Assembly: GCA_050251055.1 (NCBI GenBank)
Contig: JBFWNL010000004.1
Location: 160,001-224,000, forward strand
Reading direction: 5' to 3'
Length of the DNA: 64,000 nt
From: Bacteriovoracia bacterium
Lineage (GTDB): Bacteria > Bdellovibrionota > UBA1018 > JBFWNL01
Part shown: positions 8,946-18,605 of the stretch, piece by piece
Layout: every line of letters begins with the position of its first letter
How positions within the stretch are numbered: position 1 is the first letter of the stretch
Position numbers and translations under genes: made by a program
The notes under the pieces: model-generated
Seen by the model: only the letters and a program-made list of their open reading frames with translations
What the model was told of the DNA's origin: nothing
Databases searched by the model: none

Positions 8946-10043
8946 ATGCCGCCGTCGCACCTACCTCTGCTCTTGTACTTACTGATCTGGGGGGCCGGGT
9001 GCTCGGCGGTGTTCCAACGGCCAGTCGAGGAAGTGTTCGATTTAATTGTAAATGCAGGTAATTCGAACGTAGTGGCGGTGAGATTTCGACCAGAGACGGG
9101 AACCTTTTCCACCGGCGCGAGCGCCTCGGCCGGAGGCAATCTGTTCTATGCGATCGAATCGAGTTCACGAAACAACCTGATCTTAGTGGCAGGCAACTTG
9201 GCAGATCAGTTAGCTGCGATCTACTATAATTCGGTTTCCGGAGGGCTCGAAACCACCCAAACTCTAACCACCCTCAATTCACCCCGATCGATTGCTATTC
9301 ACCCCGACGGAGGATTCGCCTACGCAGGGTATGTATCTGTTGCTGGCATGTCCATCTACTCAATTGCCACCCAGAGCAATCCACCCGTAGTAGCTAACGT
9401 GGCTCACTTCGCGCACGGTGGAATTACATACTACGATCTAAAATTTACCCCCGACGGCCGATACCTATTAGGATCCTTTCCTAATACGAAACAAATCTAC
9501 GTCTATGAGGCCAATTCCACGACCGGATACGTAACCTATGTCGGGCAGGGGCCGGTTTTGCCGGTCGCGGAGTTTTTGGCGGTCGCACCTAATGGGCGGA
9601 CTATTTATTCCGTAGGATACTACGTCGATGACAGTGTCTCGGCCCTTCGTTTGGACCCCTCCACCGGCGCCCTATCTCTCATCGCCACTTACAATACCGG
9701 CCAAGGAACCATCGGCGGACGGGTGAAGGTGAGCGCTGACGGAAACTGGCTATTCGTTGGAAACCAAGGCCCCACGATCACTCTCTTTCGCATCGATTCA
9801 GACGGCGCCCTCACGATGCAAGGAACCCACAGCGTCGGGGAAGACTGCAGTGTCCTAAATGTTTTGCTGGATCCCCGAGGGAACTGGGTTTTCGCGGTCT
9901 GCGGCGCCACCAACGAAGGGACGCTCCGGGCATTGCGATTCGATTCATCTAAGGGCAGCTTAAGCCTCGTGAGTAAAAGCGATTATATTTTCACCCAACG
10001 AGGGGCGGCTCTGTTGCGCCAGCTCAACCCCAAGCTTCAGTGA
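8946..10043 (+). CDS. Lactonase-family beta-propeller lipoprotein
   Basis: LIWGAGC lipobox; repeated blades PRSIAIHPDGGFAY, FTPDGRYL, VAPNGRTIY, SADGNWLF. Confidence 0.8.
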   Translation: MPPSHLPLLLYLLIWGAGCSAVFQRPVEEVFDLIVNAGNSNVVAVRFRPETGTFSTGASASAGGNLFYAIESSSRNNLILVAGNLADQLAAIYYNSVSGGLETTQTLTTLNSPRSIAIHPDGGFAYAGYVSVAGMSIYSIATQSNPPVVANVAHFAHGGITYYDLKFTPDGRYLLGSFPNTKQIYVYEANSTTGYVTYVGQGPVLPVAEFLAVAPNGRTIYSVGYYVDDSVSALRLDPSTGALSLIATYNTGQGTIGGRVKVSADGNWLFVGNQGPTITLFRIDSDGALTMQGTHSVGEDCSVLNVLLDPRGNWVFAVCGATNEGTLRALRFDSSKGSLSLVSKSDYIFTQRGAALLRQLNPKLQ

Positions 10044-10822
10044 GCGGGCGAAATCCCCCGCCAAAGACTCCAAGCAGCGCATTCTTGGGCCGGATCCGAA
10101 AATTTCTTCGCGCGGATGTCAATCCATTGACGCAGATCCTTCTGCAACTTTTGGTGGCCGGGATTTAAGATCGGCGCCGAATCCTTGCCCAAATGGAAGG
10201 ACTGGTAGCGAGCGAGATGATCAAACCGCTGCTGCTTGAAATCAACGCGCAGGTTTTCACCCACCTCCATCGCCTCCACCTCGACGCCGCCCTGTTTTGC
10301 CATCGCGGAAATCATCTTCTGGGCGCCGCTTTTCGTGGGCATCGCCATCATTACTACCGTGCGAAGTTTCGCCGTAGGCGCATACTCCGCTAGAAACTCG
10401 CGCAGGTGAATGGTGACCGCGATCGCGCTATTTCCCGTCATCGCCGCATCGAGCAGCACGACTTCCTTGCCGGCCAGGGAGGCCGCCGGAGGCAACATTC
10501 GGCGAAAATGGGCAAAAAGCAGGGCTTTTTCCGGAGCATCCAAAATCTGTTCTCGAAAGCCACTCAGGGGAAGTTCGTGAACGTACCCGGGATGCCGCGC
10601 CTCGAGCATCGCCGCCACGGCGGCGGGACTGCGGCCCAGGGAAACCACCACCGAACTCGCGGGAGGCGCTTTCTCCACAATCGCGCGGCTCGCCGCCTCT
10701 ATATCCATCCACGTGTAATACCCCAGCTCGCCGTGAGCGAGCGCAGGGGGGGCCCCGGCACAGATAAGCACGCAGGTCGTCCCGAGACTGAGTGCGGATC
10801 TAAGGCTAAAACAAAGCTTCAC
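10037..10822 (-). CDS. Secreted hypothetical protein with PRTase-like motif
   Basis: Signal peptide ending ALA; VVSLGRSP and VVLLDAAMTGNS resembling a PRPP-binding loop. Confidence 0.6.
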   Translation of the reverse strand: MKLCFSLRSALSLGTTCVLICAGAPPALAHGELGYYTWMDIEAASRAIVEKAPPASSVVVSLGRSPAAVAAMLEARHPGYVHELPLSGFREQILDAPEKALLFAHFRRMLPPAASLAGKEVVLLDAAMTGNSAIAVTIHLREFLAEYAPTAKLRTVVMMAMPTKSGAQKMISAMAKQGGVEVEAMEVGENLRVDFKQQRFDHLARYQSFHLGKDSAPILNPGHQKLQKDLRQWIDIRAKKFSDPAQECAAWSLWRGISPAH

Positions 10823-11164
10823 GCTCTCTTTTCGGATTATTGCGATGTGTCGCTTAGAGGAAAAAACCCCCGGAATCGTGCGCTGTCAATTGGAGCCCTA
10901 GGTTTCAACGTGGCAGCCGTATGGCGGCTTTAGGCTTCCGAGTCAGGCTCGGCATGCTCACCACCGCGCAGGAACAGCCCCTAGGTAATTGACTGTAGGG
11001 TCCAATGTTATATTACGCAGACCCCGGGGTAAGACCAGTATACCCAAAACCAAAATCGAAAACCAACTACGCGAAATTCGCGCCAAGCTAAAATTTATCC
11101 CCGGCGGACTTCCCTGGAATTACCTGACTTTACACTACTGCTGAAAGGTGACAGACTTAGCTAA

Positions 11165-12475
11165 ATGGCAGCCAATAAATTGCTGGTGGCCGACGATAGC
11201 TTGACTATTCAAAAAGTTATCCGGCTCGCCCTATCCAGTGAAGGATATGAAATCGAAGCGGTTTCCAACGGGAAGGAAGCCTTGGAGCAGATCCCGCTGT
11301 TTCGCCCCGACGTGGTGCTGATCGACTCTTCGCTGCCCGACAAGAACGCCTTCGAGATCCGCCGTGAGTTCAAAGACAATCCCGATTTTTCCCATATCCG
11401 CTTCATTGTGATGGCGAGCGCGTACGAGCAATTGGATGAAGCGCAGGTCAATGCGTTGCAGTTCCACGGACGCCTCATCAAGCCATTCGATCCCGGTCAC
11501 CTCCGGAAAATTCTTAGCGATGTATTAAAGAACGCGCCCGCCCCGACGGGGCCAACGGGAAAACCCGCCTCCGTCGAGAAGGAAGTGACGCAGATTCTGA
11601 ACGCGGGCGCCGTCCCGCCTTCCGCACCCAAACCGCCTCCGCACCCGCCACGCATGCCTCCCGGCCGACCCGGCGCGGGCGCGGCATCCGCAGCTCCTCC
11701 TTCTAAACCTAAGTCAAACGACATCTGGGATCAGGACGCGTTCCATGAAGTACCCCAGGATGGCGGCGGCGGCGGCGGCGGCGGCGAAGAAGAAGACATT
11801 CGGCAGCTCACCGAGAGCACGATCAAGCTCGCCGGCATGGATAATTTTCAATGGTCGGTGAACGAGCCAGGCAGCCGTCCCTCGGCGTCTCCGTTTGCGG
11901 AAGCGGCTCCTCCGGCGGCGCCGCCCGCCGCCCCCGCCGCCGCGGCGAACTCGCCGGACGTCGTGGGCGACAAAACCTACACCGACATGCAGGTGGACGA
12001 GCCCTTCCTAAAGCCGTCGAAAAATATCCTGGATACCGAGGAAGTGACCTTCGATTTGGATCAGTCTTCCCTGGAAGAAAAAGGGATTGCCCACGACGGC
12101 AAAGCCGAGAAGAGCGGCGGGATCGTGGAAGTGGACTTTTCCGATAGCCCCGCGGCCCCGGCCGGCGCCTCCGACAAGAACCAAGTTTTCTTCGGATATG
12201 AGCCGGGTCCCACGGATTCCGATTTCACTCCGCCCGCCCAGCCGCCTCGGCACCCGCCGAACTTTTCTTCCGGCGCGGCCCAGATACAGGTGGAAGAAGA
12301 GCAAACCGACACCCTTCGGCTGCATCGCCCCACCCACCAACAGCTGGAAGACGCGGTGGCCAAGCAGCTGCAAGCCACGCTGGAAAAAACCATCGAACGG
12401 CTGCTTCCGGAGATCGCCGAAAAAGTCATTCGGCAAGAGATCCATCGGCTGCTGTCCGAACCGCCCCCGAACTAA
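11165..12475 (+). CDS. romR: RomR-like polarity response regulator (REC, Pro-rich linker, conserved helical C-terminus)
   Basis: LLVADDSLTIQKVI receiver domain, long Pro/acidic linker, LLPEIAEKVIRQEIHRL tail. Confidence 0.8.
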   Translation: MAANKLLVADDSLTIQKVIRLALSSEGYEIEAVSNGKEALEQIPLFRPDVVLIDSSLPDKNAFEIRREFKDNPDFSHIRFIVMASAYEQLDEAQVNALQFHGRLIKPFDPGHLRKILSDVLKNAPAPTGPTGKPASVEKEVTQILNAGAVPPSAPKPPPHPPRMPPGRPGAGAASAAPPSKPKSNDIWDQDAFHEVPQDGGGGGGGGEEEDIRQLTESTIKLAGMDNFQWSVNEPGSRPSASPFAEAAPPAAPPAAPAAAANSPDVVGDKTYTDMQVDEPFLKPSKNILDTEEVTFDLDQSSLEEKGIAHDGKAEKSGGIVEVDFSDSPAAPAGASDKNQVFFGYEPGPTDSDFTPPAQPPRHPPNFSSGAAQIQVEEEQTDTLRLHRPTHQQLEDAVAKQLQATLEKTIERLLPEIAEKVIRQEIHRLLSEPPPN

Positions 12476-12486
12476 CCCAAGAGATT

Positions 12487-13242
12487 TTATTTTTTGCGAA
12501 GCTTTCGTACGTCTTCCGCGTAAAGCGGCTGCTCCGATCCGTCCGCGCGCCTTACCTTGAGCTCGCCGAACGCGCCCAAACCCACCACCGTCCCCTGATT
12601 GCCGTCCTCCGCGCCCCATTCCACCGTCGTGCCGGGAGCAAACACGGATGCGGTCGCGTACTCGGCGGCGATGACAGGCGCACTAGCGGAGAGGTCATCG
12701 ACGGCGCGCAGGATTTCACGGTGGCACGCCTCGCGCACGGCTTCGAGCGCAGGCGGCGCGGACAACTCGCGCGCGAGACTGGTGGTCGGCTGATCCAACC
12801 CTTCCGGCGCGTGCGCGCAATTCAAGCCCAAACCGATTACCAGAAAATTCCCGCCTCGGTTTCCCACGCCCTCACACAAAATTCCGCCGATTTTCTTTTC
12901 GTTTACCCACAAATCATTCGGCCACTTAATTCGCAATGGCAACTCGGGCGCCAACGCCAGTAAAGCGCGCTTCACGCCGACGGCCACCGCGAGCGGTATC
13001 CAGGTCAATGTGACTTCGCGGGCGGGGCGGGCGACGATCGAGAGAAACAAATTTCCGCGTTCGGAGTCCCACGACCGCCCTTGGCGGCCGCGTCCCGCCG
13101 TCTGCCGAAGCGCTGAAATCCAAGTCCCGTGAGGAGCGCCATCGGCGCCCAGCCGTTTGGCGACCTCATTGGTCGAATCGCACTCGTCGACAACTTGATT
13201 TGCGACCGGATTAGCGGGGGTATCGGCCATCGGATTCGTCAA
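12487..13242 (-). CDS. birA: Biotin--protein ligase
   Basis: DSTN, QTAGRGRQGRSW, KWPNDL..KKIGGIL. Confidence 0.95.
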   Translation of the reverse strand: MTNPMADTPANPVANQVVDECDSTNEVAKRLGADGAPHGTWISALRQTAGRGRQGRSWDSERGNLFLSIVARPAREVTLTWIPLAVAVGVKRALLALAPELPLRIKWPNDLWVNEKKIGGILCEGVGNRGGNFLVIGLGLNCAHAPEGLDQPTTSLARELSAPPALEAVREACHREILRAVDDLSASAPVIAAEYATASVFAPGTTVEWGAEDGNQGTVVGLGAFGELKVRRADGSEQPLYAEDVRKLRKK

Positions 13243-14123
13243 TCGATCAACATCGAGAGATCAACGCTGGTCACGGAGTGGGTGATACCACCCGCGGAGA
13301 TAATGTCTACGCCCTCGAGCGCGTACGCGCGGATGTTCGCTTCATTGATCCCGCCGGAGACTTCGATGGGGACTGACACTTGTTCGCGAGCGAGATAAGC
13401 GAGCGCGGCCTTGACCTGCGCAGGCGTGAAGTTATCGAGCATGATCACTTCCGCTCCCGCCTCCACGGCCTCCTTCAATTCCTCGTGATTGCGCACCTCC
13501 ACCTCTACGCGCAATCCATGGGGAGCCTGCCGCGCGCGCAAAACCGCCTTCTTGATCCCGCCGGCGGCGGCGATGTGATTTTCCTTCACCAGCACGCCAC
13601 TCGAGAGCGCCAGACGATGGATGCCGCCGCCGCCCGAGAGCACGCCATACGCGCAGAGATCGCGGTACCCGGGCAGGGTTTTGCGGGTCATGACCACGCG
13701 GGGAGGGCGCTTCAATTTCTGGGAGGCGACTTCTTTCACCAAACGCTGGGTCGCGGTGGCAATGCCACCCACATAGGAAGCGAGATTCAGAAACGGACGC
13801 TCGAAGGTGAGCACTTCGACAGCGGGGCCTTTCCATTCCGCGATCAACGCGCCCTTCTTATACGCCGTTCCGCTCGCCAAGGACTTCTTAACCGTGATGG
13901 CTCGCCCTCGCGCGGCGGAAAGCTGCATGACCGCTTCGCAAAGCAGGCTCGCCGCCCACACGCCATCGGATTTCGCGACCACCCGGGCCTGCACGGTTTT
14001 CTCCGGGTCTTTTAGGGTCGTGAGACTGGTCCAATCCCAAGCGGCGCCGTCTTCCTCTAGGCCTGCCTGCAGATGCTTCTTCCAAACCTCGATCCGTTCG
14101 TGATAGCCATTTTGCGTCCACAT
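13239..14123 (-). CDS. nadC: Quinolinate phosphoribosyltransferase
   Basis: TRKTLPG, HRLALS..KENH, EVEV, IMLDNF, SGGI; start ATG 14123 or 14144. Confidence 0.95.
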   Translation of the reverse strand: MWTQNGYHERIEVWKKHLQAGLEEDGAAWDWTSLTTLKDPEKTVQARVVAKSDGVWAASLLCEAVMQLSAARGRAITVKKSLASGTAYKKGALIAEWKGPAVEVLTFERPFLNLASYVGGIATATQRLVKEVASQKLKRPPRVVMTRKTLPGYRDLCAYGVLSGGGGIHRLALSSGVLVKENHIAAAGGIKKAVLRARQAPHGLRVEVEVRNHEELKEAVEAGAEVIMLDNFTPAQVKAALAYLAREQVSVPIEVSGGINEANIRAYALEGVDIISAGGITHSVTSVDLSMLID

Positions 14124-14142
14124 ATAGTGAGGTGAATAATCC

Positions 14143-14847
14143 ATGCGCACGCGTAAACCCAGCCAAATCCGCCCCACCACGATCGAAACCTCGGTCAATC
14201 TCTACGCCGAAGGCTCGGCCCTCATTAAAATGGGCAATACCCACGTGCTTTGCACCGCTTCCGCCGAACCCAAGGTGCCGGACTGGCTCGAGGGCAAAGG
14301 CAAAGGTTGGGTCACCGCCGAATACTCCATGCTCCCTCGCGCGACCCACACCCGCACCAAACGCGACCGCGAAAAGGTCTCGGGCCGCACCCAGGAAATC
14401 CAGCGCCTGATCGCCCGGGCGCTTCGCGCGATGATCAGCCTAAAAGACATCAACGGCTACACCATCACCGTCGACTGCGACGTCCTCCAAGCCGATGGTG
14501 GGACCCGCACCGCTTCCATCAACGGAGGCTGCGTCGCACTCACGCTCGCCATTCAAAATCTCGTGAAAGCAGGAAAGCTACCCGCGATGCCTAAGCTCGG
14601 CAGCGTAGCCGCCATTAGCGTGGGCTTGAAAGACGGAGAAGTATTGGCCGATCTCGATTACGAGGAAGATTCCAGCTGCGACGTCGACATGAATTTCGTC
14701 GTCACCGGCGAAGGGCAGTTCGTGGAAGTGCAAGGCACCGCCGAAGGCGCCGCTTTTTCCAAGGCGCAAATGGACCAAATGACCGCGTCCGCCCTCGAGG
14801 CTTGCCGCCAGTTGCGCGAGGCCCAAAACCGCGCGCTCGCGCCTTAA
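14143..14847 (+). CDS. rph: Ribonuclease PH
   Basis: GWVTAEYSMLPRAT, SGRTQEIQRLI, DCDVLQADGGTRTASI. Confidence 0.97.
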   Translation: MRTRKPSQIRPTTIETSVNLYAEGSALIKMGNTHVLCTASAEPKVPDWLEGKGKGWVTAEYSMLPRATHTRTKRDREKVSGRTQEIQRLIARALRAMISLKDINGYTITVDCDVLQADGGTRTASINGGCVALTLAIQNLVKAGKLPAMPKLGSVAAISVGLKDGEVLADLDYEEDSSCDVDMNFVVTGEGQFVEVQGTAEGAAFSKAQMDQMTASALEACRQLREAQNRALAP

Positions 14848-14859
14848 TTTTCGATCAGG

Positions 14860-14907
14860 AAAAAAAATTAGGGAGCCCGTAAAGCCTGGTTGGCCTCAGG
14901 GCTCCCT
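14860..14907 (-). terminator. Probable intrinsic terminator between convergent genes
   Basis: AGGGAGCCC/GGGCTCCCT stem followed on the - strand by AATTTTTTTT. Confidence 0.55.
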
Positions 14908-14940
14908 TGAGGAGGTGGTGGGTACAGCACTTGTGGAACA

Positions 14941-15216
14941 CTACGCAGCCTTGCGCTTGGTAAGACTCTCTTTGTAGTGCTGGTAGTGTTCGAACTTTTT
15001 GTCGTAATCCGACACGGGCTTGCCGAGCCGGGTGATGAGACCAAACTTAAAATGATCGTAGTGTTCGGAGCAGAAGCTGAACTTCGCTTCCTTGGCTTTG
15101 CAGCCTTGCGCGGTACAGAGACCGTTGCCGCCGCTCGGCGCGCCTTGATCGCCGCCTTTGCCTGCCGCCGCTGGGGCGCCCTTTTGTCCTGCCGGTTTTC
15201 CTGGTGTCGCGCTCAT
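14941..15216 (-). CDS. Small basic protein with CxxxGC..CxxH zinc-finger-like motif
   Basis: CTAQGCKAKEAKFSFCSEHY; GGAGG RBS before ATG 15216. Confidence 0.75.
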   Translation of the reverse strand: MSATPGKPAGQKGAPAAAGKGGDQGAPSGGNGLCTAQGCKAKEAKFSFCSEHYDHFKFGLITRLGKPVSDYDKKFEHYQHYKESLTKRKAA

Positions 15217-15474
15217 GCTTTCCTCCAAGCTACACTAGACCTATCGGCGGGAGCCGGATTAACTTTAGTGTTTTAGTCAGATATATACCGGCTGATATCT
15301 CATTAAAATCATTAACAAGTCCCACCTGCCCACTTCCGGCTAACCGTCTAAACGGGCGCTTCGCTTCAGGAATTCTCGAAAGCTCCTATACAGTTGTTAA
15401 GGAAAAATCACCGTCAGCGGATTGTCTCTCCCTTCATTGCTGTTATTATTTTTCGACTAACAGGGGGGATCTCA

Positions 15475-16788
15475 ATGAAGAGACCATCATATACAGGGAT
15501 GTGGGTAGCCATCCTTTTGTCCGCTTCCGTGCCATTTGGTTTGGGCGCCCAAACCGAAACTCGTTTCATCCAGGTTAAAGCGAAAGATAAGTTCGAGCGC
15601 TCTGCCGTGGCGAACACCGGCATGACCATCGAATTCGTCCGCTCCGACAGCGTGTGGGGTTTCGCCGCTCCGGAAGCGTTGAAGGAACTCCAGCGCCGCG
15701 GGCATCAGATCCTCGGTAACTTCTCCGCCGAGGTGGGCCGTTCCGGTCACGAAGGCACCCTCGACTTTCCGAATGCCGACGCCCGCTATCACAACTACGC
15801 CGAGCTTGCCGCCGAGATGAAACGCATTCACATGTCGGCAACCGATATCACCCGATTCCAAAGCATCGGCCAGACACCCGAAGGTCGCGAGATGTTCGCC
15901 ATGAACATCAACACCAATCCGGAAGATCTCGCGTCCGGGAAGAGCTCCAAGCCCGGGATCGTCTACATGGGCGCGCACCACGCGCGCGAGCACCTGAGCG
16001 TGGAAATCCCGCTCATGTTCCTGGACTACCTGATCAAGAACCGGGAAGATTCGGCGATCAAGACTTTGCTCGACAACCGCGACATCTGGATCATTCCGAT
16101 GATCAATCCGGACGGTGCCGAGTACGACATCGCCACCGGCACTTACAAGGTCTGGCGTAAGAATCGCACCAAAAATGGAAATGGCACCTACGGCGTCGAC
16201 CTCAACCGCAACTACGGCTACGGTTGGGGCACGGGTGGATCAAGCCGCAATCCTAACGACGAGACGTATATGGGCACCGCCCCATTCTCCGAGAAGGAAA
16301 CGCAAAACGTGAAGGCGTTCGTCGACGCGCGCCCGAACCTGAAGGTGCTGCTTTCGTTCCATACGTTCAGCGAGCTCATTCTCTACCCTTGGGGCGGAAC
16401 GCACGATCCGATTTCCAACAAGGAAGATCTTGCGGCTTTCCAAAGCATGGCCAAGACCATGGCCGCCTGGAATGGTTACACGCCTGAGCAATCCAGCGAC
16501 CTGTACATCGCCAGCGGCGACACGACGGATTGGGCGTACGCCACGCACGGGATCTTCGCGTTCACCTTCGAGCTCTCGCCCAAGAGCGCTTTCGGTAGCG
16601 CGGGCTTTTACCCGGGCGCGAAGGTCATCGACAAGGTCTTCAACGACAATATCAAACCCTGTATGTACCTGTTGGATATCACCGACAATCCACACAAGAC
16701 ACTGGATCATCGGCCATCGGGATTCCTGAAGTATTTGATCGAACCCGGAATCTCGTATGCGGACTATTTCCAGACTTCCCTCTTTTAG
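15475..16788 (+). CDS. Secreted M14 zinc carboxypeptidase (carboxypeptidase T-like)
   Basis: HHAREH, NPDG, WRKNR, GVDLNRNY, SFHTF, FTFEL; signal peptide and prodomain. Confidence 0.93.
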   Translation: MKRPSYTGMWVAILLSASVPFGLGAQTETRFIQVKAKDKFERSAVANTGMTIEFVRSDSVWGFAAPEALKELQRRGHQILGNFSAEVGRSGHEGTLDFPNADARYHNYAELAAEMKRIHMSATDITRFQSIGQTPEGREMFAMNINTNPEDLASGKSSKPGIVYMGAHHAREHLSVEIPLMFLDYLIKNREDSAIKTLLDNRDIWIIPMINPDGAEYDIATGTYKVWRKNRTKNGNGTYGVDLNRNYGYGWGTGGSSRNPNDETYMGTAPFSEKETQNVKAFVDARPNLKVLLSFHTFSELILYPWGGTHDPISNKEDLAAFQSMAKTMAAWNGYTPEQSSDLYIASGDTTDWAYATHGIFAFTFELSPKSAFGSAGFYPGAKVIDKVFNDNIKPCMYLLDITDNPHKTLDHRPSGFLKYLIEPGISYADYFQTSLF

Positions 16789-16852
16789 AGGGTTCTAGTG
16801 TCCGTTTTACGCGCGCGGCCCGCCGGCCTGAAAATCGGCGGGCCGTTCGTGT

Positions 16853-18583
16853 TTATAGATCCAAGATCAGGGGCACGACCGTGGGCTTTCGGCCCAGGTT
16901 GGCGTTGAAAAAACGGCGCAACTCGATGCGCACGGTTTCTTCCAGTGAATCTTTCACCTCGTCGCGGTCTCGATAGTGGCCGGCAACGACTTTTTTCACG
17001 AGCTTCGTGGCCTCTTCGACTAGCCAACCTTCTTCTTCGGGCTTTACCAGCCCGCGCGAGATGATCTCGGGGCCCGCGACGATACGGCCATGCTCGGGGT
17101 CACGAGTCATGAGCGCGAACACCACGCCGGTCTCGGCGAGCTTGCGGCGTTCCTTCAGGATATCGCGGGTCATTTCCTGGTAGATCTCGCTTTCGATCAG
17201 CGTCCGCGTCTCCGTTAGCTCGCCTTCTTTTTTGAATTCTTCGCGCGTGAGCTTCAATACGTCGCCGTTAGACGCCACGACGACATTCTTCGAGCCGATG
17301 CCCACTTCCTCGGCCAGTCGCGCGTGGTGCACCAGGTGACGATATTCGCCATGAAGCGGCAGGAAAAACCGGGGCCGCACGGCTTCCAGCATCTGCTTGA
17401 GCTCGGGCCGCGTGGCGTGACCGGAAACGTGGACTTCTTCAATGGATTCATAGATCACGTCCGCGCCTTGCTTGAAGAGATTGTTGATCACGCGCCCGAT
17501 GGCTTTTTCGTTGCCCGGAATAAAGCTCGAGCTCATCACGACGAGATCGCCCTTTTCCAGCTGCATGTACTTATGTTCGCCGACGGACGCGCGCGTGAGC
17601 GCGGAACGGGCCTCGCCCTGGCTGCCGGTGGAAAGGCAGATGATCTCGCTGCGCTTGTAGTCGTCGAACTGATCGGGACCGATCAGGACGGAAGCGGCAT
17701 CCTTGAGGTAGCCCGCCTCTTGGGCGAGCTCAAGGTTCTGCTCCATGCTCCGGCCGGAGGCCAGCACCTTGCGGCCCATCTTCTTGGCGATCTGCAGCAC
17801 CTGGCCCACGCGCCCGATATTGGAAGCAAACATCGAAATAACGATCATGCCTTCGGCGGCGGCGACGAGCTGCTCGATTTTTTCGAGCACGGTCTTTTCG
17901 CTCGGCAGGTGCGTCTCGCGCTCGACGTTTGTGGAGTCGGACATCAATAACAGCACGCCCTCGTCGCCGGCTTGGCGAAACGCCGACAGATCGAGCGGCT
18001 TACCGTAGAACGGGGACGCATCGATGCGGAAATCCCCGGTATGGATAATTTTCCCAAGCGGAGTTTGGATGATCAGCGCCGAAGCTTCGATAATACTGTG
18101 ATTCACGGGCACGGATTTTACGTGGAACCCACCCACGGTGAAGGAGTCGCCCAAACGGAAAACTTTCAACTCCGTGCGGTCGAGCACGCCGTGTTCACCC
18201 AGGCGTTCGGCCACCATCTTAGAGGTGAAAGGAGAGGCGTAGACGGGCGCCCGCACCCCCGCCTTGATCGCGAACGGGACGGCCCCGATGTGGTCTTCGT
18301 GTCCGTGCGTGAGCACGATACCGCGGATCTTATCCTTGCGATCGATGAGGTACTGAAATTGGGGCACGATGTATTCGACCCCGAAGTGGTCGAGATCGGA
18401 AAAGAGCAAGCCACAGTCAACAATCAGAATATCCTGCGCGGTCTCGATCACCATGCAGTTCATCCCGATCTCGCCCAGGCCACCCAAGACGGTGAGGCGG
18501 ACCGTATTGTCGTCGACGGACGGTAGACGTGTGCCGTGGGGATCAGAGTTGTCGGAATCCGGGTGCGATGTGCGTGATTTCAC
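16853..18583 (-). CDS. rnj: Ribonuclease J
   Basis: LGGLGEIGMNC, THGHEDHIG, NHSI, HTGDF, SDSTN, GSQGE, HVSGHA. Confidence 0.97.
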   Translation of the reverse strand: MKSRTSHPDSDNSDPHGTRLPSVDDNTVRLTVLGGLGEIGMNCMVIETAQDILIVDCGLLFSDLDHFGVEYIVPQFQYLIDRKDKIRGIVLTHGHEDHIGAVPFAIKAGVRAPVYASPFTSKMVAERLGEHGVLDRTELKVFRLGDSFTVGGFHVKSVPVNHSIIEASALIIQTPLGKIIHTGDFRIDASPFYGKPLDLSAFRQAGDEGVLLLMSDSTNVERETHLPSEKTVLEKIEQLVAAAEGMIVISMFASNIGRVGQVLQIAKKMGRKVLASGRSMEQNLELAQEAGYLKDAASVLIGPDQFDDYKRSEIICLSTGSQGEARSALTRASVGEHKYMQLEKGDLVVMSSSFIPGNEKAIGRVINNLFKQGADVIYESIEEVHVSGHATRPELKQMLEAVRPRFFLPLHGEYRHLVHHARLAEEVGIGSKNVVVASNGDVLKLTREEFKKEGELTETRTLIESEIYQEMTRDILKERRKLAETGVVFALMTRDPEHGRIVAGPEIISRGLVKPEEEGWLVEEATKLVKKVVAGHYRDRDEVKDSLEETVRIELRRFFNANLGRKPTVVPLILDL

Positions 18584-18605
18584 TTAGGCCGGTTGTAACA
18601 CAACC

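Noticed and set aside
11762-11785. (GGC)8 repeat as a phase-variation tract
   Set aside because: In-frame triplet coding poly-Gly in a disordered linker
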